A DNA stretch of 64,000 nucleotides from a virus. Shown here piece after piece: positions 1-9,254 of the stretch. Location: positions 32,001 through 96,000 of the IMG/VR virus record IMGVR_UViG_3300046820_003928. One strand, written 5' to 3'. The notes under the pieces were generated by a model. The model searched no databases, was not told the origin of the DNA, and saw only the letters and a program-made list of their open reading frames with translations. Both the position numbers and the translations under genes were made by a program. The first letter of the stretch is position 1; each line of letters begins with the position of its first letter.

Positions 1-686
1 AGCTCCTTGACCGGCTTCGGATCGAGCTTGGCATTGATACCGTGCTTTTCTCCAACCCGATAGAGAAGCCATCTAGCAATCCAGAGATGGTCTGAAACTG
101 TGAGAGGATCAGCAGTTCCAATCTGGAATTCCCACTGCCCAGGCATCACCTCAGCATTCACACCGCAAATCACGATTCCTGCGTCCAAACAAGCTCTCAT
201 GTGGTCTTCAACAAGATCTCGACCACATACTTCATCTGATCCAACGCCGCAGTAGTAGGGGCCTTGCTGTGGTGGATATCCGCCCGCAGGCCACCCGAGA
301 GGTGTTCCTCCCCTAAACAGCGTGTATTCCTGTTCAATCCCACAAAGCGGTGCCTTGTGAGAATTCTTCTCCATCAGCTTGACAAGATGATGCCGCATAT
401 TGGAGCGATGAGGTGTTCCATCTGCGTTGTAGACCTCGCAAAGGACAAGAATAGCGAGCTTGTCACTGCTTCTTGTCGGATCCTTGCAGAAAGTGACAGG
501 AACGAGGATGCAATCACTTTTATCACCGGGAGCTTGATTTGTTGAAGATCCGTCGAATGTCCATTGCGGGATGTCACTGACATCAAGTCTTTCTCCAGAA
601 AATCCAAAAATCTTTGTCTTGCTTCTAACTCTAGAAGTTGGAAGAGTTCCATCTACCCAAATGTATTCTGCTATAATATTAACCAC
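1..686 (-). CDS. glnII: Glutamine synthetase type II (GSII), C-terminus truncated by window edge
   Basis: Manual translation from GTG at 686: MVNIIAEYIWVDG...W TFDGSSTNQAPG..SDCIL...LVLCEV...CGIEQEYTL...PLGWPAGGYPPQQGPYYCGVG...GVNAEVMPGQWEFQIG...DHLWIARWLLYRVGE...DPKPV. These are GSII signature motifs. Not in the ORF track because no stop falls in the window. Confidence 0.95.
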   Translation of the reverse strand, partial: MVNIIAEYIWVDGTLPTSRVRSKTKIFGFSGERLDVSDIPQWTFDGSSTNQAPGDKSDCILVPVTFCKDPTRSSDKLAILVLCEVYNADGTPHRSNMRHHLVKLMEKNSHKAPLCGIEQEYTLFRGGTPLGWPAGGYPPQQGPYYCGVGSDEVCGRDLVEDHMRACLDAGIVICGVNAEVMPGQWEFQIGTADPLTVSDHLWIARWLLYRVGEKHGINAKLDPKPVKE

Positions 687-693
687 GTCTCAC

Positions 694-1296
694 CTATTCA
701 AACTTGTATTTGATGTCCACGTTGATCTTCAGGTCTGGAACTCTCTTGTGATTTGCAAGACCATGAAGAATTGCTTCATCTGCATCAAGATACCAATCTG
801 CGTGGCTTTTTTCATGGATTATGTCTAGAAAGTAATTTGGCTCCTTGCCACAATTTGAAGACATCATCTTATAGACTTTCTGATTTAGTCTTTCTGCCTC
901 TTTTGAGTCTGCCTTAATATCCTCGATCTTTCCAATGGCGCCACTCGAGACGTCATGAATCATGATTGTTGCATCAGGATCGATGAATCTGTAGCCCTGA
1001 TTTCCAAAGCTAAACAAGATTGCACCACAGCTCATTGCCTTTCCCTCGACAATTGTAGCAACAGGAACCTTTGACGACTTAATGTTTCCAATCATCGACA
1101 TTAGGGAGTAAACTTGACCTCCGTAGCTATCGATGACAATTGGTATGATAGGCTGTCCCGTTGATTGAGCCAATGACATCTGTTGTCCAAACTCTTTTGC
1201 AGAGTCTTCATCAAACTTATTGACCCTAATGATTACAGGAGCAGCGCGAAGCTCAATCTCCTTGATCAAGGGAGATACGCAAGTTATTACATTCAT
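694..1296 (-). CDS. clpP: ClpP-like serine protease (S14)
   Basis: IDSYGG, AMSCGA (catalytic Ser), IMIHD (catalytic His), DWYLDADEA..GL motifs; 200 aa. Confidence 0.9.
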   Translation of the reverse strand: MNVITCVSPLIKEIELRAAPVIIRVNKFDEDSAKEFGQQMSLAQSTGQPIIPIVIDSYGGQVYSLMSMIGNIKSSKVPVATIVEGKAMSCGAILFSFGNQGYRFIDPDATIMIHDVSSGAIGKIEDIKADSKEAERLNQKVYKMMSSNCGKEPNYFLDIIHEKSHADWYLDADEAILHGLANHKRVPDLKINVDIKYKFE

Positions 1297-1321
1297 TTGA
1301 TTCTCTCGTGTTAGATGAAAA

Positions 1322-4300
1322 CTATCCGCACTTTGCGTATGAACAACTCATACAGCTAAGGCATCCTTCCTGATAGACAAGATCTGAATTTCCACACTGT
1401 GGGCAGGATTTATCTGATGACTTAGTACCGTCCTTGATGTACCCCTTGAGAACGCGAGATATTACCTTTGCAAAGGAAAACATGTCGCTGTTCTTGTCTT
1501 TTTGAAGCTGCTCAACAACGTAGTGAAGAGGAACATCATGTCGCAAAGCAAGAGAGACGGTTCTAGAAAAAGCACCCTGCGTGGGATTGTTGAAGAGATT
1601 GACAACATCCTTGAAGATTAGGTTGTCATCATCTCCAACAGGAACAACAAGATTGTACGTTGTAACCCCGTCTCTCTTTCCGTTCTTAATCAGAGATCCT
1701 GTCTTGTATTTCCGAGGAATCTCAATATTCTCAGGGATACCGCAGAAGACCTCATAGGGCTTTCCGTCATTCAATCCTACGAGAACAAGCCAGGACTCGG
1801 AGATGTCACCATTTCTAATTGTTGCACGGTGAATGTCACAACCAAGGCTCTTTGGGCGCTTCGGCGTAAGACGGCCGTCATCTACCTTCTTTTCTGGTTT
1901 GGGCTCATCAGCCTGGACGAGAACACCTGTCCTGCAACCATCGCGATAGACTGTGAATCCCTTGCAACCTGACTTCCAGGCTCTAAGGTAAACGTCATTG
2001 ACTGTTTCACGGGTTGCTGAATTGGGCAGATTGCAGGTCTTGGAGATCGAATGATCGATCCAGCGCTGTGCTGCAGCCTGGATCTCGACAGACTTCACCC
2101 AATCGATGTCGTTGGCTGTGCCGCCCCAGTACGGGCTCGCCTGTGGATCAGTCTTTCCGGTGACATCCATCCACTTCTTGAACCAGTGGTGATACACTGT
2201 GTACTCCTGCCACTTGTCACCCATGGGATCGACGAAGTCAACGCGGGAGGTGAGGTCTCCCTGTGTGATCTTGCGACGACGCTTGTAGGAGAGGAGGAAG
2301 GCAGGCTCGATGCCGGATGTCGTACGAGTGAGACAGGAGACTGACCCAACGGGCGCTGTCGTGGTGAGAGCGATGTTGCGACGGCCTGTGGTTTCCCACA
2401 TTCTCATGGCATCATCCCCGCATGCCGACATCACCTTGTTGAGGTAGCTGTGATCCTTCTCCTTTCCGTAGTTCCAGACTGGGAAAGCACCTCGCTCCTG
2501 AGCCATAATGAGGGAGGAACGGTGGGCTCCAACCGCGAGGGCCTTGTAGATCTCCTCGGTGACCGCGATCGAACGATCATCGCCGTAACGAACATTCAGA
2601 GCTGCAAGTGCGTCTCCGAGTCCTGTCACGCCGAGACCTGTGCGACGACCGTTAAGACCAGCAGCACGGATCTTGTTCCATAGGTCTGTCTCAATCCGCT
2701 TCACGTGTCCAGGCTGGGGATCATTCTCAATCTTTTGCAAGATCCGATCCACACACTCCACCTCGAGGTCGACAAGGTCATCCATAAGACGCTGGGCCTT
2801 CATGACGACGCTATCGAAACGATCGAAGTCAAACTTTGCCTTGTCGGTGAATGGATTAACCACGAATGACGTGAGATTGACAACCATGAGGCGGCAGCTG
2901 TCATATGGGCTGAGGGGGATCTCACCGCAATTCTTCACACAGACGCCAGAAGATTCTATAAACTTGTCATCTGAATTTGAAGTAATCACAAAATAGTTGT
3001 GGTTGTCATCAACGGTGATGTTGTAGACATCTTCGAAGCCAACGAATTCCACAGAGGCGACCTTGTGGTTTCCAATGACACAGCTCTTGAAGTTGCTGAA
3101 GTTTTCAAATCTAAACTCATTAGAGATGTGGATCGGTGCGCCGATGGACTTGGCGTGCGATGTCCATGACTGCTTGGTGATCTTTCCATCGCGCGCATAG
3201 ATCTTCTGGCCCTCAGAAATTAGCTCTTCGTTCGTGAAGCCGCTGAACCTTCCGTTGGTTTCTCCTGGATGAGATGCGAAGCTATGTTTCCACTCATCAT
3301 CCATCTGATGATAGGGATTGTTCTCCCCTCTCATTTTGGAGGCATGAAGCTCTCGATGGTCTTCGTGAAGAAGAACGGACAGGTTTTCGATTCGATCGTT
3401 GTGGCTGTCAAAATCCAAGTGGTGGATTGCGTGAGTTTTCGCATCAACTGGTCCACTAAAGAACTCGTGAATGAGACGATACTGCCGTCTGTTCCTGAAT
3501 CCGCCTCCCTTGAGCTTCTCTCCCGTATTGCAGATCTGTCTGTATCCGTTTGAATCGAAGGAGTTGAATGGGACGATGCTATCACCCGGCTTCAGCTCGG
3601 AGAGTGGAACATACACGAGATCCTTACGAAGAATCTTGTGATCTGGGGTGGCGCGAAGAGACGATCCATCATCCAGCATTAGCTTCCAAACTTCTCTCTT
3701 TTCCCCGGTGAGGCGAGGACTTCTGCCCATCTTTATGACAGTCTGTCCCGTCTTGAGATCAGTAGAATAGACCGGAACGTCACGTCCCTCTTGAGCGAGG
3801 AGCGCAATGCTCACAGCATTTCGACCGTCGGCGACAGCAATGAGAGAGTCTCCCGTGATGCAGGGATTCGTCGAGATTGTCTTGTAACCAGCGTCACGGT
3901 AGCAATCGACGATACCTTCATTTACCACAGTGTCCCAGAAGAGAGCACCCGGCTCTGCAGATGACCAGGCAGCATCAACAAACTTATCCCAAACCTGCTT
4001 AGCGTTGATGACCTTCGTGATCTGAGCGTCCTCGACCTGAGATTCAACGGGCCAACGAAGGGTGAAGTCGGATCCAATCTCAACAGCCTGCATGAACTCG
4101 TCAGTGAAGCGGATCGAGATGTTGGCTCCTGTCACCTTCTTGAGGTCACGCTTGATATCGATAAAAGTCTCAATCTCCGGATGACGACAGTCAATTGTGA
4201 GCATGAGTGCGCCACGGCGTCCACCCTGCGCCACCTCGCGCGTGGAGTTAGAGAAGCGCTCCATGAATACACCAATGCCATCTGTGGTCCGAGCAGCATT

Positions 4301-4753
4301 GGACGTAGGCTGCCCCTTCGGGCGTATGGTCGAGATGTCAAACCCGACTCCGCCGCGGCGCTTCATGATCTGGACCTGCTCCTGATCAGTGAACAGGATG
4401 CCAGCATAGCTGTCATGTGGCTGCTCAACAACAAAACAGTTCGACAGGCTCTGGAGCTGGTGAGGGTTCCCGATACCAGACATCGGGGAGCCCTGGGGCA
4501 CCACATCCCTGAAATCTCTAAGGAGACTGTAGATCTCATCCTCGCTCATTGCGTTTGGATACTTTGCCTCGACGCGGGCGAACTCCTTTGCAATACGACG
4601 ATGCATCTGATCTGGGTTTGTTTCCAGTAGATCTTCTCCGTTTCGCAAAGCATACTTCATAAAAACATCGGGTGCGAGAGCATCGCCCTCAAAATACTCA
4701 GAGGACTCGCGAAGAGCCCTCTCCTTGACAGATTCAGACATTTCAAGCTCCAT
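1322..4753 (-). CDS. nrdJ: Class II (adenosylcobalamin-dependent) ribonucleotide reductase, intein-containing, with C-terminal Zn-ribbon
   Basis: SLSNCFV, RRGGVG, GGRRGA, TNP|CGEIPL, RRTGLG, TTTAPVGS, GCKGFTVYRDG and C-terminal CPQC...CMSC. No ATP cone and no class I YY pair. Confidence 0.9.
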   Translation of the reverse strand: MELEMSESVKERALRESSEYFEGDALAPDVFMKYALRNGEDLLETNPDQMHRRIAKEFARVEAKYPNAMSEDEIYSLLRDFRDVVPQGSPMSGIGNPHQLQSLSNCFVVEQPHDSYAGILFTDQEQVQIMKRRGGVGFDISTIRPKGQPTSNAARTTDGIGVFMERFSNSTREVAQGGRRGALMLTIDCRHPEIETFIDIKRDLKKVTGANISIRFTDEFMQAVEIGSDFTLRWPVESQVEDAQITKVINAKQVWDKFVDAAWSSAEPGALFWDTVVNEGIVDCYRDAGYKTISTNPCITGDSLIAVADGRNAVSIALLAQEGRDVPVYSTDLKTGQTVIKMGRSPRLTGEKREVWKLMLDDGSSLRATPDHKILRKDLVYVPLSELKPGDSIVPFNSFDSNGYRQICNTGEKLKGGGFRNRRQYRLIHEFFSGPVDAKTHAIHHLDFDSHNDRIENLSVLLHEDHRELHASKMRGENNPYHQMDDEWKHSFASHPGETNGRFSGFTNEELISEGQKIYARDGKITKQSWTSHAKSIGAPIHISNEFRFENFSNFKSCVIGNHKVASVEFVGFEDVYNITVDDNHNYFVITSNSDDKFIESSGVCVKNCGEIPLSPYDSCRLMVVNLTSFVVNPFTDKAKFDFDRFDSVVMKAQRLMDDLVDLEVECVDRILQKIENDPQPGHVKRIETDLWNKIRAAGLNGRRTGLGVTGLGDALAALNVRYGDDRSIAVTEEIYKALAVGAHRSSLIMAQERGAFPVWNYGKEKDHSYLNKVMSACGDDAMRMWETTGRRNIALTTTAPVGSVSCLTRTTSGIEPAFLLSYKRRRKITQGDLTSRVDFVDPMGDKWQEYTVYHHWFKKWMDVTGKTDPQASPYWGGTANDIDWVKSVEIQAAAQRWIDHSISKTCNLPNSATRETVNDVYLRAWKSGCKGFTVYRDGCRTGVLVQADEPKPEKKVDDGRLTPKRPKSLGCDIHRATIRNGDISESWLVLVGLNDGKPYEVFCGIPENIEIPRKYKTGSLIKNGKRDGVTTYNLVVPVGDDDNLIFKDVVNLFNNPTQGAFSRTVSLALRHDVPLHYVVEQLQKDKNSDMFSFAKVISRVLKGYIKDGTKSSDKSCPQCGNSDLVYQEGCLSCMSCSYAKCG
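2930..3862 (-). mobile_element. Intein (311 aa) with HNH homing endonuclease in RNR
   Basis: Starts CITGDSLI, block B RATPDHKIL, HNH motif HHLDFDSHNDRIENL...HEDHRELH, block F DVYNITVDDNHNY, ends VCVKN|C. Removing it restores NP-CGE. Confidence 0.93.
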
Positions 4754-4772
4754 AAGAATTCTTACTCTTAGA

Positions 4773-6140
4773 CTACTTTCCGTTAATCTCTTTCCACTTC
4801 TCTTTTAGAAGCGTTTTCATGGACGTTCCGTCAGCTTTTACAACATCGTTGAGCGACATCTCATCGGCGTTGAGCAACGTGAATTTCGACATGGAAGTAT
4901 CTATCTGCATAGGAAAGAGCATACCATCTCGACCTGCACGATTCTTTGCAACGAAGATTCGACCAGCGCCGGTTGCTTTTTCATTTGGCTTTCTTGAAAT
5001 TGACAAGACAACGTCAGCGACCATTGCTTTACCATAAGCCTCAGACATGTTTTCGAGTCCAACAATGTCTGAGTTTGACGCATCTCGGTTTGCCTGCGAT
5101 GCTGTCCAGATCGGGAAATTCATCTCCATGGCCATGTTTCGAAGCTCCTCATAGACAAGCTTGAGCTCGTGTCGAAGAGAATCAAACTTGCGAGATGACT
5201 TCATAATATCTGCATAGTCAATAATGATGATGCTCGGCACAAACGACTTGAGAAGAAGCTTCTCAATGTGATTCCGCAAGGTCTGAACTGAAGCCGTTCC
5301 TGTTGGATATTCCTTGATGATAAGCCGCCCAAGCTGCGTGCCCTTGTAGAATTCGATCACTTCATCTTTGCGATCGATGACCTCGCTGCTTGGAATGTTG
5401 CACAGATTGGAGTCGTATCTCAGGCCAACTGCAGACTCAGTAAGCTCGAACGTGTAATGCACCACGTTCTTTCCGACTCGCAAGGCCTCAGCGCCCATCT
5501 GAACAAGAAAGTGTGACTTTCCAACGCCAGTCGGAGCGATAACAACCCCGAGCTCTCCGCGACCGAGTCCGCCATTCAAGATGTCAGGAGCATCAATCTG
5601 CGGCAGTCCAGTCGGGCAGACCTGTCGGCGTGTTCTAACAAATCGTGCCTCCATGTCCTCGAAGAAATCATGACCAACAGAGGCTGGCGTTCCTGCAGCA
5701 AGCGCATCTTTCATGAGACCGACAACTGAATCAAGGTTATCGGTTGCGATCATTTCTACGGCTTTCTCGAGTGCCTCCTTCATCGCCTGCTTCTTGCAGA
5801 AGTCAAGAGTCTTATCCTTGACATAGTCAAGATCGCCAACATTTGGATTTGTTCGCATCCGCTGAAGGTAATCAATGATCTGATCTCGAAGAATGGTGTC
5901 TTTCCCTTCTCGAAGATCTTCTTTGATAATCGTAACCAGCAGCGGCAGGGTCGGGAAGTCCTTGTACTTCTGGTGATAGGTAAAGTATGACTTGCAGAGA
6001 TATTGCAGATACTTGAGATCAAAGTACTCTGGCGTCATGATCTCAATCATCTGCATTGCCCAGGCTCGATCAGTCAGGAATGCCTGAAAGATCTTTTCCT
6101 GGAACTGCTTGCCGTACTGGCTGAAAAAAGCCTCACTCAT
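4773..6140 (-). CDS. Replicative DnaB-like helicase (T4 gp41-like)
   Basis: Walker A APTGVGKS, IIIDYAD, WTASQANR, AKNRAG. Confidence 0.92.
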   Translation of the reverse strand: MSEAFFSQYGKQFQEKIFQAFLTDRAWAMQMIEIMTPEYFDLKYLQYLCKSYFTYHQKYKDFPTLPLLVTIIKEDLREGKDTILRDQIIDYLQRMRTNPNVGDLDYVKDKTLDFCKKQAMKEALEKAVEMIATDNLDSVVGLMKDALAAGTPASVGHDFFEDMEARFVRTRRQVCPTGLPQIDAPDILNGGLGRGELGVVIAPTGVGKSHFLVQMGAEALRVGKNVVHYTFELTESAVGLRYDSNLCNIPSSEVIDRKDEVIEFYKGTQLGRLIIKEYPTGTASVQTLRNHIEKLLLKSFVPSIIIIDYADIMKSSRKFDSLRHELKLVYEELRNMAMEMNFPIWTASQANRDASNSDIVGLENMSEAYGKAMVADVVLSISRKPNEKATGAGRIFVAKNRAGRDGMLFPMQIDTSMSKFTLLNADEMSLNDVVKADGTSMKTLLKEKWKEINGK

Positions 6141-7093
6141 TCTGCACCAATGTGATTAACTGCGTAGAACATGTTGTCAATGTCAAAATTTCTAATTCCA
6201 ATAGATTGTGCTTCCCGCATGAAGCCAATCTTATCTCGCTTAGGGGCCCATTTTTCATTCGTAAATCGTATTCTTTCGATTTGTTGCGGAGGGATTGATG
6301 ATGAATCAAGGTAGACTAGCTTCCAGTTGCGACGAATTAGATCTGCAGCGTCACAGACTGATTCGAAGACTTTGACCTTGCCAGTCTTCCTAGATTCTGA
6401 TATTGACAAAAAGTCATCAAGAAGAATATCGTCCTGCAGAGAAAGCTCTGGAAACCGCTTTGCAAGCGTCTTAAACCCGACACCTTGAACGCCGGGAATG
6501 TTATCGGAATCATCGCCGCAAACAGCCTTTGCAAGAGCAAAGTTGTTTGGATGAACTCCAAATTTAGAAATCACCTCGCTGGTATCGACTAGCTTTTTCC
6601 AGGTCGGAGAGTAGATGATCGAATTGTCTCGAATTAGCTGATAGTAATCTTTGTCAGCTGAGAGAATAATGTGAAGCGACTCAGGATGCATGTACCTGCA
6701 GATGTATGCAATGACGTCATCTGCCTCACAATCCTGACCATACATCTGCACAATAGGAAGATGATTTAGCAGCTTTACTATTGCAATAATCTGACTATTT
6801 CGATCAGATACTGTCTGTGGGATATCTTCTTCGTAATATCTGTTAAGCTTCTCAGGTCTCCTGTGCATTTTATAGTTGGGATAGAGAGATCGACGTCTAG
6901 CAGATCCTCCGCTTTCCCAAACAACATAGACTCTCTTTGGTCTAAATCTGGTACAAAGAGATCGAAGCTCGCCCAAAAACCCGACAACTCCGCCAAGGTG
7001 GTTACCATTCACACCCATGGCTGGATGTGCAACGAAGTGTCGGGTAAAAAGGTTGAGAGCATCGACCAACAAGATCGATGCGTCTCCTTTCAT
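6137..7093 (-). CDS. 5'-3' exonuclease / flap endonuclease (T4 RNase H-like)
   Basis: LLVDALN, YPNYK..R, EADDVIA, SADKDYYQL, GDDSDNIPGVQGVG.KT (H3TH). Confidence 0.92.
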   Translation of the reverse strand: MKGDASILLVDALNLFTRHFVAHPAMGVNGNHLGGVVGFLGELRSLCTRFRPKRVYVVWESGGSARRRSLYPNYKMHRRPEKLNRYYEEDIPQTVSDRNSQIIAIVKLLNHLPIVQMYGQDCEADDVIAYICRYMHPESLHIILSADKDYYQLIRDNSIIYSPTWKKLVDTSEVISKFGVHPNNFALAKAVCGDDSDNIPGVQGVGFKTLAKRFPELSLQDDILLDDFLSISESRKTGKVKVFESVCDAADLIRRNWKLVYLDSSSIPPQQIERIRFTNEKWAPKRDKIGFMREAQSIGIRNFDIDNMFYAVNHIGAE

Positions 7094-8247
7094 TCTTCTG
7101 ACGCTCCATCAAGATCCGAGAAGTCATCTTGAGGTTCATCGCCAGTTCGCGTAAGAACAACGTCGATTAGAGAATCAAGGTACTCTTTGTATTCTGGATT
7201 CTGTAGAAGCTCTCCAAAGTCTGATTTGTGGAACTTCTTCTCAATGATGGTGTTCCCAGAAGCATCGGTGACTGTAAATGTCTTCCAGGCAGTCGTTCCT
7301 GCAACGCAGATAGTCTTTCCTCCGATGGTCCTCTCTCCAGCATCTCGAAGAACGTCAAAGACCTCCTCGTGCTCAAAGATTCCCTTTCCAAAATGAATCT
7401 GGAAATTGGCAACCCTGAATGGAGGGGCTACTTTGTTCTTCACAGTCTTTGCAGAAACGTTGATTCCAATGATATCTCCGTTCTTGTTCTGGATCTGCTG
7501 ACCTGCGCCCAGCTTGATTCGAACTGAGGCATGGAATGGAATTGCCATTCCACCCGGGACAGTTGTCGGGTCTCCGTGCAGAACACCGATCTTTGTTCTC
7601 GTCTGGTTCAGACAAACCATCAAGACAGACTGGTCACCGATGACACCAGTGATCTTTCGCATGCCCTTCGAGATCGCGCGTGCCTGAAGTCCGATGCTTT
7701 CTTTATCGTAATCCCCTAGAAGCTCTGCCTTCGGAGACGATGCGGCAACGGAGTCCCAGATGATAGTGATGGGAACGTCTTTCTGCATCGCCTTCGCCTT
7801 GACGATCGTCTTCTCAGCAACATCAAAGACTTCTTCAGTACAGTGAGTATCGACGTAGACAAATCGCTTTGAGACGTCAACGCCCAGGGCTCCGAGGTTC
7901 TCAACCGATGTGGCGTTCTCGGTGTCAATATAAACGCAAATTCCTCCCATTCGCTGCGTGGATCGTGCAATCTGTGTCGCGATGTGAGACTTTCCAATAG
8001 AAGGAGGCCCAAAGATCTCGACAATGCGACCTTCGGGCAATCCGCCGTCATGCCTGTTGGATACAATGTAGTCTAGCAGGGTCGAACCCGTTGAGATCCA
8101 CCGCTTTACATGTGTGGGTGATTCATCTTCTGAGAGGTTGTATGCAATTCGTGATCCGTGCTCCTTGTTAAGAGAAGAGATTAGATCAGAGGTAAAGTCG
8201 CCAGAAGCGTCTTCTCCTCTAGTTTTTTCCTTCGCAATTCTTGCCAT
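7090..8247 (-). CDS. recA: RecA/UvsX-like recombinase
   Basis: ISTGS..LD...GGLPEGRIVEIFGPPSIGKS, IDTEN, WDSVAA, LNQTR, PGGMA.PFHASVR, KNKVAPPFR. Confidence 0.95.
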   Translation of the reverse strand: MARIAKEKTRGEDASGDFTSDLISSLNKEHGSRIAYNLSEDESPTHVKRWISTGSTLLDYIVSNRHDGGLPEGRIVEIFGPPSIGKSHIATQIARSTQRMGGICVYIDTENATSVENLGALGVDVSKRFVYVDTHCTEEVFDVAEKTIVKAKAMQKDVPITIIWDSVAASSPKAELLGDYDKESIGLQARAISKGMRKITGVIGDQSVLMVCLNQTRTKIGVLHGDPTTVPGGMAIPFHASVRIKLGAGQQIQNKNGDIIGINVSAKTVKNKVAPPFRVANFQIHFGKGIFEHEEVFDVLRDAGERTIGGKTICVAGTTAWKTFTVTDASGNTIIEKKFHKSDFGELLQNPEYKEYLDSLIDVVLTRTGDEPQDDFSDLDGASEE

Positions 8248-8260
8248 TTTTTCTCCTTTT

Positions 8261-8303
8261 AAAAACAGTACGGGCCCGGAGCATGATTTATACCCCGAGC
8301 CCG
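8261..8303 (-). terminator. Putative intrinsic terminator after SSB
   Basis: Minus strand CGGGCTCGGGG-TATAAATCATG-CTCCGGGCCCG followed by TACTGTTTTT. Confidence 0.6.
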
Positions 8304-8311
8304 AAAGACTA

Positions 8312-9136
8312 TCAAGAATCGATTAGATCATTGAAAGCATCATCAAGGGTCTTGAAAGACTTCTTGGGTGCGCTTGCTGTAGACTTCGTAGTCTGGCTAG
8401 GAGCATCATCGTCGTCTGCAGATAGCGTAGAAGTGCGAGAATCGGATCCTCCGCGTGCTGTTCCATCGCCATCTGTCGGCATACCGCCCTCGACCCAGTC
8501 ATTTACGATCTTGGAGAGCTCATCATATGACTTGAGCTCAAACATCTTGTTCACATCTGGAATATTCTCAATCCACTGCTTGGCAGTTGCAGAAGATGGA
8601 GAAAGCGGGCTTGCCTTGCCACGAGGCATAACCTCAGTTTCAGAGTACTTCTTGCCCTGTGGCTTATAGCACTTAACTTTCACGTCACGACCGCTCTCGG
8701 GATCGGTGATATCACCGTAGTCCTCATCGAGCATGATGCCGAGAAGAGACTGGTAAACCTGCTTACCAAAGCCCCAGATCTGTACTCCCTTGTCTTCCTC
8801 GCCGCGGACGATGACTGCAGCATAGCAGCGCATCTTTGGATAGAGCTTCTTAGCAAGCTCATAGGAATCCTTTGTGCCCTCGTTGCGAAGCTTGGTGATT
8901 AGCTCCTGAATCGGATCAGACTTTCCAAACTGGTTCGGTGTAAGAAGACCCGGGTTGTTTCCGATGTTGTAGTAGAACCAGAGCTCCTTGAACGGCTGAC
9001 CATCATTGTTCGGGAAGGAGAGGAGTCGAACTGTGTACTCCTCGCCCTCCTTAGGCTTCCAGGAGGTGGACGACTTCTTTGTGTTTCCAGACAGATTGTC
9101 GAGACGCTTGCGGATTGCGTCAAAATTAATTGCCAT
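8312..9136 (-). CDS. Single-stranded DNA-binding protein (gp32-like)
   Basis: WKP..G...VRLL, YGDITDP..GRD, acidic C-terminal tail (LDDAFNDLIDS); adjacent to RecA. Confidence 0.85.
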   Translation of the reverse strand: MAINFDAIRKRLDNLSGNTKKSSTSWKPKEGEEYTVRLLSFPNNDGQPFKELWFYYNIGNNPGLLTPNQFGKSDPIQELITKLRNEGTKDSYELAKKLYPKMRCYAAVIVRGEEDKGVQIWGFGKQVYQSLLGIMLDEDYGDITDPESGRDVKVKCYKPQGKKYSETEVMPRGKASPLSPSSATAKQWIENIPDVNKMFELKSYDELSKIVNDWVEGGMPTDGDGTARGGSDSRTSTLSADDDDAPSQTTKSTASAPKKSFKTLDDAFNDLIDS

Positions 9137-9225
9137 GTTGTTTTTCCTTTAATGTTTAATGTGCAACTTACAATTCTTAAGTCTCAAGATTATTCTTGCG
9201 GCTTGCGTTGTAAGCTCACACCCCA

Positions 9226-9254
9226 ATCATAGCCTGGGATGCGAGAGTTTTCAT
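9226..9254 (-). promoter_or_regulatory. Sigma70-like promoter upstream of SSB (ATGAAA-17-TATGAT) inside an 11-bp inverted repeat
   Basis: Exact 17-nt spacer. Inverted repeat arms at 9215-9225 and 9235-9245. Same architecture recurs at 12231-12259. Confidence 0.5.
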
